The notes beneath the pieces are model-generated. The model was not told where the DNA came from. It did no database searches and was given only the letters and a program-made list of their open reading frames with translations. The translations under genes and the position numbers were made by a program. Shown here one piece after another: positions 35,680 to 50,380 of a DNA stretch of 64,000 nucleotides. Origin of the DNA: Lama guanicoe (Eukaryota); the NCBI GenBank assembly GCA_013239625.1, contig MU054001.1, positions 7,696,746 through 7,760,745 on the forward strand, written 5' to 3'. Each line of letters starts with the position of its first letter. Position 1 is the first letter of the stretch.

Positions 35680-35773
35680 TATTTTATTTATGTTTTTGGA
35701 GAGACTGGGGACTGAAGCCAGGACATTTTGCATGCTAAGCAGGTGCTCTACAACTGAATAATACACACCCTCC
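35680..35773 (-). mobile_element. Diverged tRNA-derived SINE
   Basis: ACTGGGGACTGAAGCCAGGAC..TGCATGCTAAGCAGGTGCTCTACAACTGA. Confidence 0.7.
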
Positions 35774-36638
35774 TTTTCTGCACTTCAAAATAAATATTGC
35801 AATACACAATATAGCTCTTAAACACCATCATGAGACCTAGTCTCTTTATTGACAATTGAACACCTATGCTATTTCAATAAGAATAAATATTGTTGGGACA
35901 TACATTTCTGAATCTGTTAATGTGCTTAAAAAAGATGATAGCTAGTGATAAACACGAGTCTTGGATCCAGTTAGTCTTAAGGTCTGGTTTGCATCATAGG
36001 AAATTTCATTGTACAGAGAAGGCTAATAGGGTCTCTTTGATATTTGGATTGTTTAGTAGATGATATAGGCTTTCAAAAGCTGATAGTTCTGTATTTTAAA
36101 ATAACTACAAAGTTATTTTCTAGATGTTGGAACTCCTAAGCTTGTGAAGTGCCCAGAAATCCAGGGGATATGTGTCTGTTTTTGTGTGAACGTTTGTGTG
36201 TGTGATTTCAGGAAAGTAGAAATAATTTCCATATAGACTTCTGAAATCTTCCTCCTCCAGCTCAATGTGTAGGCATATATTTACACAAATAAATTGATAT
36301 TCTTTTGTCATTTGGCATATTGGTGGGAATAAGAGGTTCTCATACCTGTTTCAGAAGGGTCGTGGTGCATGAGCTTAGAAAATGGGAAGAGGAAGAGGCA
36401 GGGAGGCACTTCACACTTTGTGCAGAATATGAGAAACAGTAGCTTTTCTTTTCTCTTTTCTTCTAAAGCACACTGGTACTGAATTGTAACCTAGTATTAC
36501 TCAGAATTGCTTTTCTGTTCAGATACAAGTGCCTCAGATTTTTCAAGGCAACGTGAATGATGAAATGTGTTTTAGCAGTTAACTTTAAAAGTAGTTTTAT
36601 TTTTCAAGTAAAAGGCTATAGCCTGTTCTTTCTTCCAG

Positions 36639-36665
36639 CAGTACAACAAATTCCCATTGATCTAT
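36639..36665 (+). pseudogene. TRAPPC9: Probable TRAPPC9 27-nt micro-exon 5 remnant
   Basis: Exactly 27 nt between TTCTTTCTTCCAG and GT; reads VQQIPIDL versus recalled AQEVLIDP; lies between exons 3 and 6. Confidence 0.6.
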
Positions 36666-39294
36666 GTACATGTTCTATGTGCTTAGTTTCTTTGGTTTTT
36701 TTTTTTAAGTGCTTGTTTCATTGTGGTTTGAATGAATGTTTAAAATTTCTGGATTTTGAACTTTAGAACATGCTGATTTATCAGAAATGTTAAAAACCTG
36801 ATTATTCTTTGGTCCTCGTTTGGTGTGGCACCCTGTTGAATTCTGTTGTCTATTAAAGAGGGAAATTCTTCCTCTAGCCTGCAGATCATTAAGTGAATGG
36901 TTTGCAGTGTGCCTATAAATTCATTGAATGCATTGATCATGTTTGTCCAGTGAAATTTTAATTGATTCATAGTAATGACTTTGCTTTGGTTCTGTGGATT
37001 TTGCTCCTCTCCACAAGAATTTGAATTCTCTGTTGCATTTTGTACACATGCTCCTAACATGGGAAGAAATTTTGCGTTTTGTACAGAGGTGGGTTTTCCT
37101 ATTCCCTATGAATGCCTTCTATAATCGAAACAAAAAAAACGTGTTCTTGCAGTGCTTAATTATTTCATAAACTATTTTTGGCATAATCAGAAACAATGAC
37201 AAAGAGTGATAATAAAAAAAAAAAACCTTCCTCTGAAGAATAGAAATCAGGTGGTAAGGCTCACTCATGCTTTGTGCCTGACACACTTACTATCGTGTAA
37301 TTGCGTATAATGATTCCGGGATGGAGTTGCATCAGGTTTATATATTTCTGTTTTAACATTTGTGTTGAATTCTTTCTCCAGGCTGATATTTACTGTTCGG
37401 TTTCTGCAAAATGTAGAAGAGAAACAAATGCTTTGTTTCATTTTCAGGAGACCTGAGTTGCTGATGAGGAAAGTGTTCAGAGTAGGCTGAGGAAAAGGGT
37501 GACACTCCCTCTCTTCCTGGCTGAAATTGATGAACAATGAAATCAATTAGGTGCATCGGAATTTGTCCAATTGAAGTTAGCGAGCCCAAACTGGATAGAT
37601 ATGCCCAAAGGAATGTACTGAATTCACCTGCTGAATGAGGTGCTTTACCAAGTAGAAGCAGCTTAGAGCAATCAGAAAAATCAGTCCTATGGTGAGATAT
37701 AAAAGGAATATAATATCTTTTATTTCTGAAACTTTTCTACGTTAAGTTGTGTAGAGCTAAAATTAAGTTTCAAGCACCAGGAGTTAAGAGTGTGTGTGGT
37801 TCTGTAGGAAAATTATTCACAGATGTGTCTAGACCCTGCTAGAGTGCCTGAAGCTGCCAGGAAACACCCAGAGCCAGAATTTGTCATCCTAGGTTGTCCT
37901 CCATCATGGTTCCTTGTAGGAGCCCATGATTGGGTTAACAAATTGTAACAGACCCCGGGGGCCTGTGAACTTTAAGAAGAAAAATATATGCTTAGTAACT
38001 GCTTTGCAAGCAGGCGCCTGTGCATCTTCACTGCTGTCTCCTTGCCTTAAAAACCAGAGACAATTATTTGCTTGTATAGTTGAGGTTTTAGATAGCACTA
38101 TGCTGGTTGCAAAGCAAGGACCCAGGCCCTCAGCTGTAAAAGGTGGGCTTGTTTTCAGTTAGTCTATTATCCCAAAAACAAGGATCTGTCTGCTCTGGTG
38201 GTCTGCTTTATAATTCACATATCTAAAAATGTGTCTTGTTCCCCTCACCTCATGATGTCCCTAAAGATACACTAAGCCTTTGTACTCATTGTGGATTCTG
38301 CAATCCCTGTCTCATCTCTTCTTTCCCCAAGTTCCAGTTTAGTATCACAGAACTGTTAATGACTTTTTCCTTTGATTATACACAATAAATATGGGAGCAT
38401 TTGAGAGGTTCGTGGAGTTGGCTCCCTACTCCCTCTCGATTTCTTGACTTTTTCCACAGAGCCTTGAATAATCATTTCATGTCGGTAAGACATCTGCCAG
38501 CCAGAACCCACAGTTTCAGGTGAGAAGGATGAAGGCTTTATCTCTCCTACCCGAGGGAGAGAGAGAAGAGAATTGAGATCTGCTCCCCCGTGGTTCCTTC
38601 CTGCCCCAGGGCCACACAAGTTCACCTGCATCCTTCTGGCATCTGCTCTCAGAGCCTCTGTCCCAGGACTGAACGCAGCCTTTTCTTACCTTGGCAACAT
38701 TTCCTGTGCCTTTCAGACGCTGGTCTCTTCTCTGCAATTCAAACTTGACAAATGTGATGGTGGTCAGTGTGCTGGTGGGCAGTCCCTTGGGGACACCCAG
38801 GAGCCATGCTGATTCTCCTGAGTGTATCAATCGGGGTTAAAGAACTGTCGAGCACTGCAGGAAGCCCATTCACGTGAGGTCAACAAAGCATTGCATCACT
38901 TTCATTATATTTTTGAATTTTCGTTGGAGAAATTATTTGTAGCTAACTGTTCCAGAGTTTTGGCTGACAGCTTTCCTCACCACCATTTCCTTGTTGGTTC
39001 TGGTGCTTGTTTTAAGAACCAGGTTTCTTCTCTGGTCATTTCTAGCAGCTGGGCTTGCCGAAACCTTGATCTGCATTTGAAGCAGAATGCTTCTTCTTGA
39101 TATGAAACTGATTTTCGTATTTCTGAATGTTTCTTTTACACTCAGCAACTGTTTCAAGTGAAATGCTCTTTTCCAATTTTGGTTAACTCACATTTGCTGA
39201 TCTCCTGCTTTCATGCTGTGGGCAGTTTCTTCTTCCTATAATAAAATTTAGCAATTTGCATTTACAATGGGAAGGTACTGGCCCGAGGTGCTTT

Positions 39295-40335
39295 TGTTCT
39301 TAACAGTTTTAGTGCAATTCACCCATTAAAATGTACAGTGGTTTTTACTCTATGCCCAGAATTGTGCATCCCAGCCAATCTTAGAAAATTTTCATCCCCT
39401 CAACATGAAGCCCTGTATGCATAAGCAGTCATTCGCATCTTCTCCATCCTCCCCCAGCCCCAGGGAGCCACTCTTTTCTCTCTATGTGGATTTGCCTGTG
39501 CAGGACATTTCATGTAAATCGAGTCATTTCATGTAAATGGAACCGTCTATTTGTGAATGACTTTTTCACACTGAGTAACTTTTTCAATATTTGTCCACGT
39601 TGTGGCCTGAGTCACTATTCTATGCTTTGCTATTGCTGAATAATATTCCACTGTATGGCTGGGCCCCACTGTTTACCCATTCATCATGTGATAGGCATTT
39701 GGTTTGTTCCTGCTTTTTAGCTCTGATGAGTAGTGTCACCGTGAATACTCCTGTGGGATTTTTTACGTGGATACTTTTTTGAGTTCTATTATTGTGTGCT
39801 CAGAGAGCAGAATTGCTGGGTTATTTAGAAACTAAATGTTCAACTCTCTGAGTATCTGCCAGGCTGTTTTCCAATGTGGCCATAATGTGTTACGACCTCA
39901 CCAGCAAGGGCTATGAGCTCCGCTTCATCTGTGTCCTCATTAGTGCTTGTTACACTTTTTTTGATTGTAACCTAATATAGTGAGTGTGAAGCGGTTTCTC
40001 CTAGTGGTTTTGACTTGATTTCCCTTACAGCTAATGATATTGAACATCGTTTCTTTGTGCTTATTGGACATTTGTATATTTTCCTTGAAAAATACCTTTT
40101 CATATCCTTTACTCACATTTTAATTGAGTTACCTTTTTATTGTTGAGTTGTAGGAGGTTTTTTTTTTAATTTAGAGATACAAATTCCTAATCAGATAAAT
40201 GATTTAAAAAACTTTTCTCCTGTGTGTTGTTTTTTCACTTTCTGGATGGTTCCCTTTGAAGCATAGTTTGAAATTTTGATGAACTCCAATTTATCTCTGT
40301 TTTCTCTGTTCCTGGTGCTTTTGGGGTAATATTTA
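39295..40335 (-). mobile_element. Old L1 (L1MB-like) 3' fragment
   Basis: Antisense L1 motifs (GGACATTTCATGTAAAT, GAATAATATTCCA, AGAATTGCTGGGT, TTATTGTTGAGTTGTAGGAG). Confidence 0.8.
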
Positions 40336-43300
40336 AAATCTGAGGTATTTTATTTAAATTTTATGTATAAAATAACTTACTTCATAGGACCGTTCTAGGA
40401 GACGGGTGCTGTTGTTTTCCCCAGTCTATGGATAGGAGACTGAGATGCAGAAAATTTCACTGAAATATCAGTGTCAGAGCTACCCAGTGCTGTGGGAGTT
40501 CAGACCCTCATTTTGTCCCCAGCATCTGTACTATTCACCAGCTTGTTCCACTACTGCCTGGAATCGTTAATGAAAAAGGCTTTCCTTTTTTGATTTCTTA
40601 TTAGTTTGTTTTCTCCTTGTGGACCTCATTTCCTCATTTTCCTTACAGAGATCAGTGTAGATTTATTTTAGGTCTTATGTAGGCAGAAGCATTGCTGTCA
40701 GTTAACTTCTTTATTACTCACTCTCCAATGATGATTGTTGCTAATTGACCTAATGAAGTCATGCTTGAATCTTTCCTGCTCATGACACTGAAAACAGTCA
40801 TGACTTACAGAATGCTCAAAGAAGAAAGTACTTGATTGATTTTATTTTTCTAACCAATCAAACCAATCAATTAAAAACCCCGGTGTTGACACAGACTATA
40901 AGCCCTCCAGAATAGGATCACTGTCTTCCTTGTGTTTCATTTGTTTTGTCACAGTGTCTGGATAGTGCCTTGTTGTCCAGCAGTTTTGTTAGGATATGGT
41001 GCTAGTGAATCATTGTAAGGACAGAATTTTGACAACAGACTGTGCTGTTCATTTCACAAGGGAAAAGATAATATAGAAATACTGCTCAGATCTATTTTAA
41101 AGTTAAGCTTGGAATTTTGAGAAGAGTTCAGGAAACCATACAAATATCTTTTTCACTAATTTTAGATCTATCTTAGACACATTATGGTTACATAGCCGAG
41201 TAACTTATCAAGTAGATTTGACAAGAGGTGTGTATAATTGATTATTTGTTTTAGTTGAAATATTCTACCTGCGATAAAGTAATCAGTGCCCATAAATGAA
41301 CAAATATGTTTGTATTTCTATGCAACATGGGAGCAGAGTTCATGTTTCTATATAATATGTATGACTGTGTGTTTTAATCTGTCTGTCAGTGTTTTTATAG
41401 TTTTTCAGCAATGTTGTAACTTTAGAATTCTTCTAAGAAAATCACCTGTGATTCTAGTGCCATTTGTACTGTGTATCCTGTCTTATGCATGGGATTCCAC
41501 TGTCCCCTCAATGAGGAATTTCCTCTCCTATTGGGTTAATATCAGATTTAAACGAACTGTGATTTCTAGGCCTTCGCTCTCCATGTGTTTGCAGTTGGCT
41601 GTCAATCAGGATTTTCCCTTTGAGTTTTCATTGTTCAATTAGAATTTTTGAAAATAACTATTAATATGTAGCATCAGTCTCCCTAGAAACTTGATGTGTT
41701 TGTGCTTTTCTTTTTTCAATTTATGAGAAATGTAAATGCACTCTTGTTTTTAACTAGTATTTTTCCACTAGATATTTGTTTATGTCTTTAAAGTTAGACT
41801 ATTTTTTCTGAATGAATGAATCGATTTGCATACTTTAAAAGGTACCTTACTTTTTATTTTTCTTATTGTAACAGTTATATTCATTTAGAGAATTTAGAAA
41901 ATTAGGATAAACCCAATAGTAAGTTAAAAATGGCCTCTAATCTCACCTGGAGATACAGTTGTATGGTTTGAAATTGAGAATTACAAGTCCTCTCTCGTTG
42001 CTCTTCTTTTTCAAGTATGTTTTGGTTACTAAGACCCTCGAATTCCCATATGAATTGTAGCAGCAGCTAGTCATTTACTGCAGAGCAGCCCGCTGGGATT
42101 GTGATCGAGACCATGTTGAATATACGGATCACTCTGGGGAGCACTGCCATCCCATGAGCGCTGTCATTCCAAGAGTGCTGGATTCTGATGGAGGAATCTG
42201 TGTGGTGTGTCTGTCCAGGTAGTTAGGTCTTCTTTAACTTTTTTCAACAATGCGTTCAGTTTTCATAGTATTAATTTACTTTTTTTTTTTGACTTTATAC
42301 TTAGGACAAGTGTGCTAGGTACCGGGATCAGAAGTGTATTTCAGCCCCACCACTTGCTGCCACCATGGATGCTGCACTCTTGCTTAGCCCTCTGTACAAT
42401 CTTGTACAAAATAGGACGTCAATAACTCTCTCTTGAATGAATGATTATATGATTGCTGGATGATGCTTGAGAGTCCTTGTGATGATGTCTTTTTACCAGC
42501 CTTTCCACTCTTCTTAACTATGCCCTTTCTCTTCCTTTCCTTCAGCCTGGTTTCAGCCTGCCTGTGGCATTGATTTTCCCTGTCTGTAGACTCTTCCTTT
42601 CACTGATTCACGATAATGTTACATGTGGGCTGTGGAAACTTGCTAGATGTGAAGAAAGAGCAAATCCACTGCATGCTAGTATTTTTAAAGTGTGTTATTC
42701 TTTTATCGATTGAAATTAAATCAGACTGACACCCTGAGCCCTCCCGTGAGCTCTTTTCACCTTCCTACAGGTGATACTGCTCTGGTTGCTGCATGTGCCC
42801 TTCCCCAACCTTGATTTTGGGGTTAAATCACTATCAGTTGAGCCCTCTCTTTAAAAGATGAAGAAAACATTTGTTCCTTCTCTCTGGTTGGGGACTTGGA
42901 TGAGATGAGATACCAGATAAAGAATGGAGGACCACCTCATTCGGACCACCGTTCTTTCCGTTATTTTCTCCAGAGGAAAAGAGTACAATTCAACAGTAAA
43001 AAGATTGATTGTGAGCTAATGAGATAGACAAGACAACCGAACATTTATTAAATATCCTTTCATGCCAGAAACAAATGTATTATAAACACAAAAAGCACAC
43101 AAAGCACGGTAGTACCGTGATTACAAACATGGGTCCGAGTTCAAGTCCTGCTCTGGAGTGACCAGTCTTGTGAGATGGAGAACTGGCTGGTTGGCTTAGC
43201 CTCTCCTGGACTTGTTTTCTGTCCTGCAGAGACGGGGCCCGCTAGGCGTCCCTCCCCCGTAGAGGTGCTGTGGGGTGTAAATGACGCACGTGGGCAGCCC

Positions 43301-44697
43301 GAGCACAGCTGCTCGTTCCTCGTAAGTGCAGGATAGCATAGCTTTTGCGGTGACGGCTTTATGACTGCCCCATGTAGCCTCTTGGTGCTCCAAAGGGATG
43401 CCTTGTGGTTTGGAGATGGGATTCTCACTTCTGTAAATACCCAAGAATTGTGTTATTGGGCCCTGCTGATTTGAATCTATTCTTTAGAAAGTACATATTG
43501 CAGATATATTTTTCAAGCATGCATGCTTTTTTCTTTTATTATTTATAGTTCTACCCTTTCATCTCTTGGTGTGACTTTTCATGGAATCCAGGAAACAGTC
43601 CTAAGCCACCTGCCTCTTCACACTTCTCCGCGGTGGTTTTCTTCCCTGACTAGAAGAGGGTTTTGCATAGGAAATTTTTTGTTCCCCTTTTCTTGGAGTC
43701 TCTATTTGTCTGCCCATGTCTCACCTTTCAATCTCTGCATTCATCTACTCACTGATTCTTCTGAGTTGTTCCAAGGAGCATTTCAGGCAGCTTACAGAAG
43801 AACAGATACCAAATAAACAGTTGAGAAAATGGGGCCAAGTTTAGACAGTGAGGCTAGGAGGCAAGCCTGTGTGAGGGTTGCAGGCGTGAGACACACGCCT
43901 CTGCCCTGTGACTTATATGATCGACAGCAGCAGTGTGCCTGAGGCTCCCAGCAGACACAAGGAAACAGGGTTTGTGGGAGATGCTCACTGGCTGTGAAAT
44001 AAATAAGTGGCTGAGGAGAAGCAAGACCTTTCCAGCTACTAAGGCTTAGAAGAATATTTTGAGTGTCTTCCAAAATCAGAGTATTGCATCTTTTCTTTTG
44101 TGAGAGTTCTACATATAGTTGGTTACATTCTATACCTGGAAATTTCTCCAAAACTGCTTCCCACGAGAGTCCCATGGGTCGGGAATGGGGTGGTTCTGCT
44201 CATTGACGGGTGTTGGCCAGAAACAGAAAATGACAGCCTCAAAGGAGCCTGGAATTTGTCAGTTATGTTTTGTCAGTGCTGTAGATTTCATAAAATGCTT
44301 TCACAGTTTCTCTTCATCTGAGGTGGCAGCGTGCTCTCTTACCAGCATCAGGAGCTCAGGGCCCCGGGATGGTGGGGGCTGACTGCACAGCCATGAAGAC
44401 AGCTAATGTAGTCACTGCAGGCGTGGTGCTTTCACGTAGTGCATTTCATGTTCTTTAATAGAAGGTTTCAACAGGGAGTTAATTAACTGTGTTAATTAAC
44501 ATTTAATAAATATGATGCTTTTTTGAAAAAACAGTTATAGGCAGAATATAAGTTGTGAACACTTTAAAAACAGTTTCGTTTCTGAAATTTCAGTAGGGAA
44601 GATTCACAGCTTATCTTATTTATGCCTCTTTAAAAGTAACAAAGAGACAAGAGAGAAAATGCAGAGGATGATTTCTGTTCTTCCTCTTGGCTTGCAG

Positions 44698-44818
44698 GTG
44701 CCCTCACCTCCAGTGACATCCATCCAGACACCAGCACTGACACTGGCCGTGCTCAGGACTGCCTCAGCCCTGAAGACACAACTGACAAATAGAAGGGGGC
44801 TACGCCCTGTTACAGCAG
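44698..44818 (+). pseudogene. TRAPPC9: TRAPPC9-like exon 6
   Basis: ALTSSDIHPDTSTDTGRAQDCLSPEDTTDK*KGATPCYS versus [39 protein letters not shown]; TAG at 44790; AG/GT flanks. Confidence 0.92.
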
Positions 44819-45444
44819 GTGCTCTCACTTTGTGGGTCCTTATGTAACTGCGTGGTGTTATTCAGGATCGCCCGTTCTACATTGTGTGATGCTGCTATGG
44901 TGTCTCCTAGTTATTTGTTTCTGTAAGTACTCGTGTATTTTCTGCAATGTGTGGTACTAGACATCTAAAAATGCTTTTCTCTGATGAAAAATAATGTGTA
45001 TTTAATATAATAATTCTGAAAAAAGGTGCAAAACAGGCTATCCTTGTCCCACTACTCAGAGATAATAGTTAACACTTTAACATCTATTTTCTGTTCTTTT
45101 CATCAGTGTGTATAAGCTCTGTCATAAAACCCAGAGAGCACTCTGTGCCTGTTTATTGTGTGGAGACTTCCATTTTCCATTCGGCTTATTACAAGTTTTT
45201 GTACAATATTCTATCTCCCCTGGCATGTTTTTTAATGACCAGTATAGCATTCTGTCTTGTGGAGGCATCGTCCATTTTACTTTGCACTTAAATAAACTTT
45301 TAAATTCCATGTATACTTAACTAAAATACTGAAAAGAGAACAACGGTGGTAAAGAAAGACCCCTAGCTCCCTTCCCCTTATTTTCTGAGAGTAAAAGCTG
45401 TTGAAAATGTGGTGTATATATTTCATGACCTTTATGCCTATGAC

Positions 45445-45452
45445 ATATATAT

Positions 45453-45490
<38 letters not shown>
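45445..45490. repeat. (TA)n microsatellite, one interruption
   Basis: Directly visible. Confidence 0.95.
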
Positions 45491-45491
<1 letters not shown>

Positions 45492-48420
45492 CACCCATAC
45501 CTAAATACCTACATACATACACGTATTTCAGAAATATATTTATATGTGTGTGTATATATGCTTTATTGAAAATAAGGCCATACTGTATGTTTTTGGCAGC
45601 CCGCTTTATTCACTCAGTGGTATATCATAGACGTCCTCCCCCTCCAGACTCACCTGGTCCTTTCAGATAGAGTGGAGGGGTCTCCGGATGTGCAGGTGTG
45701 GTCTCTTGTGCAAAGACTCCTTTGGTGGGAGATTGCTGTTGACAAGACCCTGGACCATTCTGAAACACCGGCTCCCTCAGGGCCCGAAGCTCACCGTGAT
45801 TTACCGCATCATTTTCTTGATGGTGGACAGTTAATTTTTCTCCATTTTCCACTGTCAGAAAGGATGTTTGACTGGCATCCTTCTTGTACAGACATTCCTG
45901 TGATCTTGTATGTATATTCCTTTAGTTAAGGCTTCTGGAAAATTACTCCCTGTATGTGACAATTACATTCATCACAGGCTCCTTTGAAGTGACTCTAGAA
46001 ACTCCTTCTCCAGTGGGGAATGAAAAGATGTAAAATAACTTATGTAACCAATTCTCTATCGCTGGATATGATTTCACTTCAGCTTTTCTTCCCACCATTG
46101 TAAACAGTGCTGTGTAAATGCCCTGATGAGTACATCTTTTGAACTGATTGTTTTTTCTAAATGAAACGATTCCTAGAAGTGGAGTTGAGTTTGTGTGTAT
46201 GCACATTTCTTAGAGTATACATATCCATTGACATGTCGTCCTCTGAAAAATTCTCTCATGGTTTGTTCTCCCACAGATGGACACTAACTAGAATATCTTT
46301 GAAAAATATTTGGCAATATGATTAGCCAAAGTGCTTTCTCATTGTTTTAGTTTGCATTTGATGACCAGTGAGGTATTGAGCATTTTTCTCTCATTAGCCA
46401 TCTGAGTTTTAATTAGTGAGTTATCCCTTTTGTTCTATGCACACATTAAAGTGAGGGAGCTTCTGGTTGCTTTGTGACAGCTCTTTGTATGTTATGAAAA
46501 TTAACCCCTTGTCTTCATCAATATGTATCACTGAGCTCTTCCTTGTCATTACTTGCCTTTCATTTTGTTGAGTAGGTTTATCTTTGTTGTGGCCCAAAAC
46601 ATTCTTAAGATTGTAAATGTCTACCTTTTGGGTTTATCTTTGGTATTATTCTTAGAAATACTTTTTATAGTGGTATAAATCTCTTCTGTAGGTTTTTTAA
46701 TCTCTAAGTTGAGATGATATTGTACTTGTTATCGTGAGGAGAAGCTGAATTAATAGGAGCAAAGGGTTGTATTTGCTGTTATTAGCACTTTCTAATATTT
46801 ACATCACTTTCTGTAATTTTTCTTGTGGTCATTATAACAGGAATAGAATTTGTTCTTTCTAGGTGATTCTCTGATTGTCCCAAGACAATTATTGAATTCA
46901 TACTTTACTCTTTAATTTGAAATCCCACCTGTACAAAATACTTATGTACACAACAGTCTCTTTTTGAGCTAATGATTTATTTCTGTCAAGCTTACTTTCT
47001 TTCTCCAGCACTATATCTTATATATTGTAAAAATTTATTTAATATCTGACAGTGCAATTTTTTTGATTACTTTCTTCCATCCCAAATTTTCTTCGCTACT
47101 ATTATGAATTTATTATTCCTGAAGAATTCTAAAATACTTTGTTCCAGTTAAAAAAAAACAGATAATAGATTTCATGGGATTTTTTAGTAAGTTTTGAATT
47201 ATCTTTAGGAGAACTTACATCTTTACAAAACAGCTTTCCTCCATGCAATATGTTGATGTCTCTACATTCACACCTCTTACTTTACCCCTCAGTACAGTCC
47301 TGTAGTTTTCTCCATGTTGAACATGGACATTAATTCTGAGTTTATTTCAGATTATTGTTGAAGTTTTTGTTAATTTTGTAAGTGAGAAATTTTTGCTATT
47401 ATACTTTTTAACTGTTTAATCTGACACCTAGGAAGGCAGATTTGGTTTGTAAATACTCACTTTGTAGCTTTTCATTTAAAATTGTAAGTATTAATTTCTT
47501 GTTCCAGAATCCTTTCTTTTGTGTTTTTAAAAATTTGTCTCCAAGATTATCAAAATGGTCATAGCTAAGTAGTATAGGTGGGGAGACAAATGGAGAGAGG
47601 TAGTGTGGCTCATGTACAAACTGTGAGCATTTTCATGGCTGCCTTTAGGCTGGAGAGGCCTCAGAAGAGCCCAGGTTAGACAAGGGATTGCTTTGTATGC
47701 ACTTGAAAGCCAACTTTCCTGCCTGTATGGTGAAGCCTGGTGGGCGTGGCAGGTAGATGATCAAGGTCCAATTAAGGTCATTGGATGCACAGAGCGCTGT
47801 GTCTGTGAGAACTGGAGACCATCGCCATGGGAAATGCTTCATGCCAGGAACACTGCAGGGGAGCTAGGGAGCCTGTGTGAAGGATTTTCCAGCCCTGGGA
47901 GTGGGAAGATCAGACTCTGCATTCAGATCTGAGTTTGAATTCATCCTCACTTGTTTACTGGTTCTCTGACTTTTGTCAAGTTAAATACTCTCTTTGAAAT
48001 CCTGTTTCCTTGTCTCTCAAAACAGAAAAATTATGGCCTGCTGCTAGAGTATTTGATCAGTGTAAATGATTTGTGTTATAAGATGCCACATACAGTCTCG
48101 ATCTCAGTGAGAAATGAGCTGTCGCCTCTTCTTCTGCAACTCAGTGCTCGACAAGACATGGGGGAAAGCCAGTTCTCAATTTGTGTGCGATGCAATTAGG
48201 AACAAAATTAATGTCTTGCCTTTCCCTAGCAGTATTCGTACTCCTTTGCTTCATTTACTTCTTTCCTCCTTTCCTTTCCCTTTTCCCCTACCCCACCAAA
48301 AGAGCCTGAGAATCTCTCAGAACATTAGATTCAAATTACTTTAAAGGTTGGCTCATCCTCATGAAATGACAATAACACAAAAAAATCTGTACACATCCCA
48401 GAATTCATTGTGTTTGATTT

Positions 48421-48455
48421 ACACACACACACACACACACACACATACACACACA
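48421..48455. repeat. (AC)n microsatellite
   Basis: Directly visible. Confidence 0.95.
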
Positions 48456-49844
48456 ATCAGCCTACCTCCCACTTGCTGAGGGAGAAGGACCACTTTTTCT
48501 AAGTTTTTATTCAGTGGCCATGAGAGAAAAGTCTCTTACGCAGACTTTCCCCTGCTTCGTGCATGTTGTTTTTAATTGGATTTCTGCTTTGTGGCCATAG
48601 TAATATTCTCCTAATAGAAGAGAGGAAGTGGAGACATATACATTCTGCTGAGATATTGGTGTCATCATATTTGAGTTGGAAAGGTCTTACAAAAGCATAG
48701 AGTCATAACTTTTTATGGGTGAGAATCCATGATGGTGTAACTTGGGCAAAAGCCTGGGTCTCCTGCCATCGTGTCCAAGCGGGTGAAGAGGCAACTGGCC
48801 ATGGGATGGTAGGAATCCTTGTTGCTTGATTTCCAGGGTCTTGCTAGTTTTCATTGCTCAGCTGCCTTTAGTTTATGTCCATGTGACCTCTCATGGAAAG
48901 GTCACTCTGTCCTGATAGACTGAGTTTCTAATCAGCAAAAAGGTGTGGACCCACTCATATTTCCCAGAGTTTTTCTGCTGACAAGCTAACACTTTATATA
49001 AATGATACCTAAGAAACTACTTAATATGAAATCCTTATTGTTATCGTTTGCCCTTGAGTTCCATAGGAATGGGGTGCTGTCTCAGGCTAAGGCTAGGTCT
49101 GAACAAAGATAGGGTGATAGGCTGTGCTGCTGGACCCTCCCCAGTCGAATGGGATTTCCACCTTAGTTTTTAGAATCAGGTAGATGAGTTCAAATCTTGC
49201 CTTTACCAGTTATTAGCTTTGTGACCTTTGGGAAATAACTGTACTTATTTGTGTCCAAATTTCATTGTCCGTAAATAAGTTCAGTATTTATTTTAAGATT
49301 TTTGTTACAGAATTGAATGAGCTAATTCCCTCATTTATACCTAAAATACTGATCGCGTGGTTCTATGCTGGTGCCTTGGTAGTTGATTAATAAGGGACTT
49401 GCCAGTGAGAATGGGGGTGGGAGACCCCTTGATAATAGAGCTTATATTCCAGGATATGCTTGTAAAAGACTGGATGTGCAGTGGATTTTTAGTAAATATC
49501 CATTCCTTTCCTAATCCACATTGATTGTTTATATAGCTTTATAGTAATATATGAACAATTGTTTATTCCAATTTGAATCATTGTAGTATTTAAAATATGT
49601 AGCTATAACAAAAATAAATGAAATAAAATGATTTGAGTTTTATTTTCTTTTCAATTATCAAAACAAAATAAAATAGAATAGAAAAGAAAGTTTTGAAAGA
49701 GTAGAAATAATTTTATTTCCGTGGAATCAATTCCCTATGATAAGTTTTTTGGTTGTGTTGTTAAACAGCATATATAATTGATAGGTTGTGACATATTGGA
49801 AATGAGGAAACAGTGGAGACATACTACCTATAATGCAGTCATTT

Positions 49845-50380
49845 TGTTACCAAGTCCAAACTCGTTCTGCTTGCTTAATGACAGGACAATAAATCGGGAG
49901 ATGAGGTGTTGGAGCAAGAAATTGTGACTTTATGTGAAAAGCTGTAGACCCAGAAGATGGCATACTGATTTCCTGGTGAACCCTCTTCCCCAAGTAAGAA
50001 TTCAGTCTCCTTTTATACTAAAAAGTGGCGGGTGTGTGGTTGGTTGTTGCAAACTTCTTGCTGTATGAATTGTTTATCCTTGGAATCCTTTGTTCTTGAA
50101 GCTGTCCATGTGGGTCAAATCATGGTTCCCCTGTAATACCTCCAAAAAAAAAAGTTTATTCTCTATTTTGAAACTAGCCATCTCTTCATAAGTGTAGAAG
50201 ATCTAATATCCTTAAAGATCAGAGCCCGGAGAATAGGCCTTCCTGGATATTTCAGGCTAAAGGCAACTTTCTTTTACAAAAGGTGCAGAGCTAGGAAGTC
50301 TGAGCCTATAAAACAGGGAACAGGTTTAAAGCCAAATGAACACATCTAACGCGGAGTCAAATTTGTTCTTTTCTATTACA
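49845..50380 (-). mobile_element. Solo LTR, ERV1-like, 536 bp
   Basis: TG...CA termini, 4-bp TSD ATTT (49841-49844, 50381-50384), TATAAAA on minus near 50011. Confidence 0.88.

Noticed and set aside
37382..37691. Exon-like segment with AG/GT flanks
   Set aside because: Stops in all three frames and no recognisable homology.
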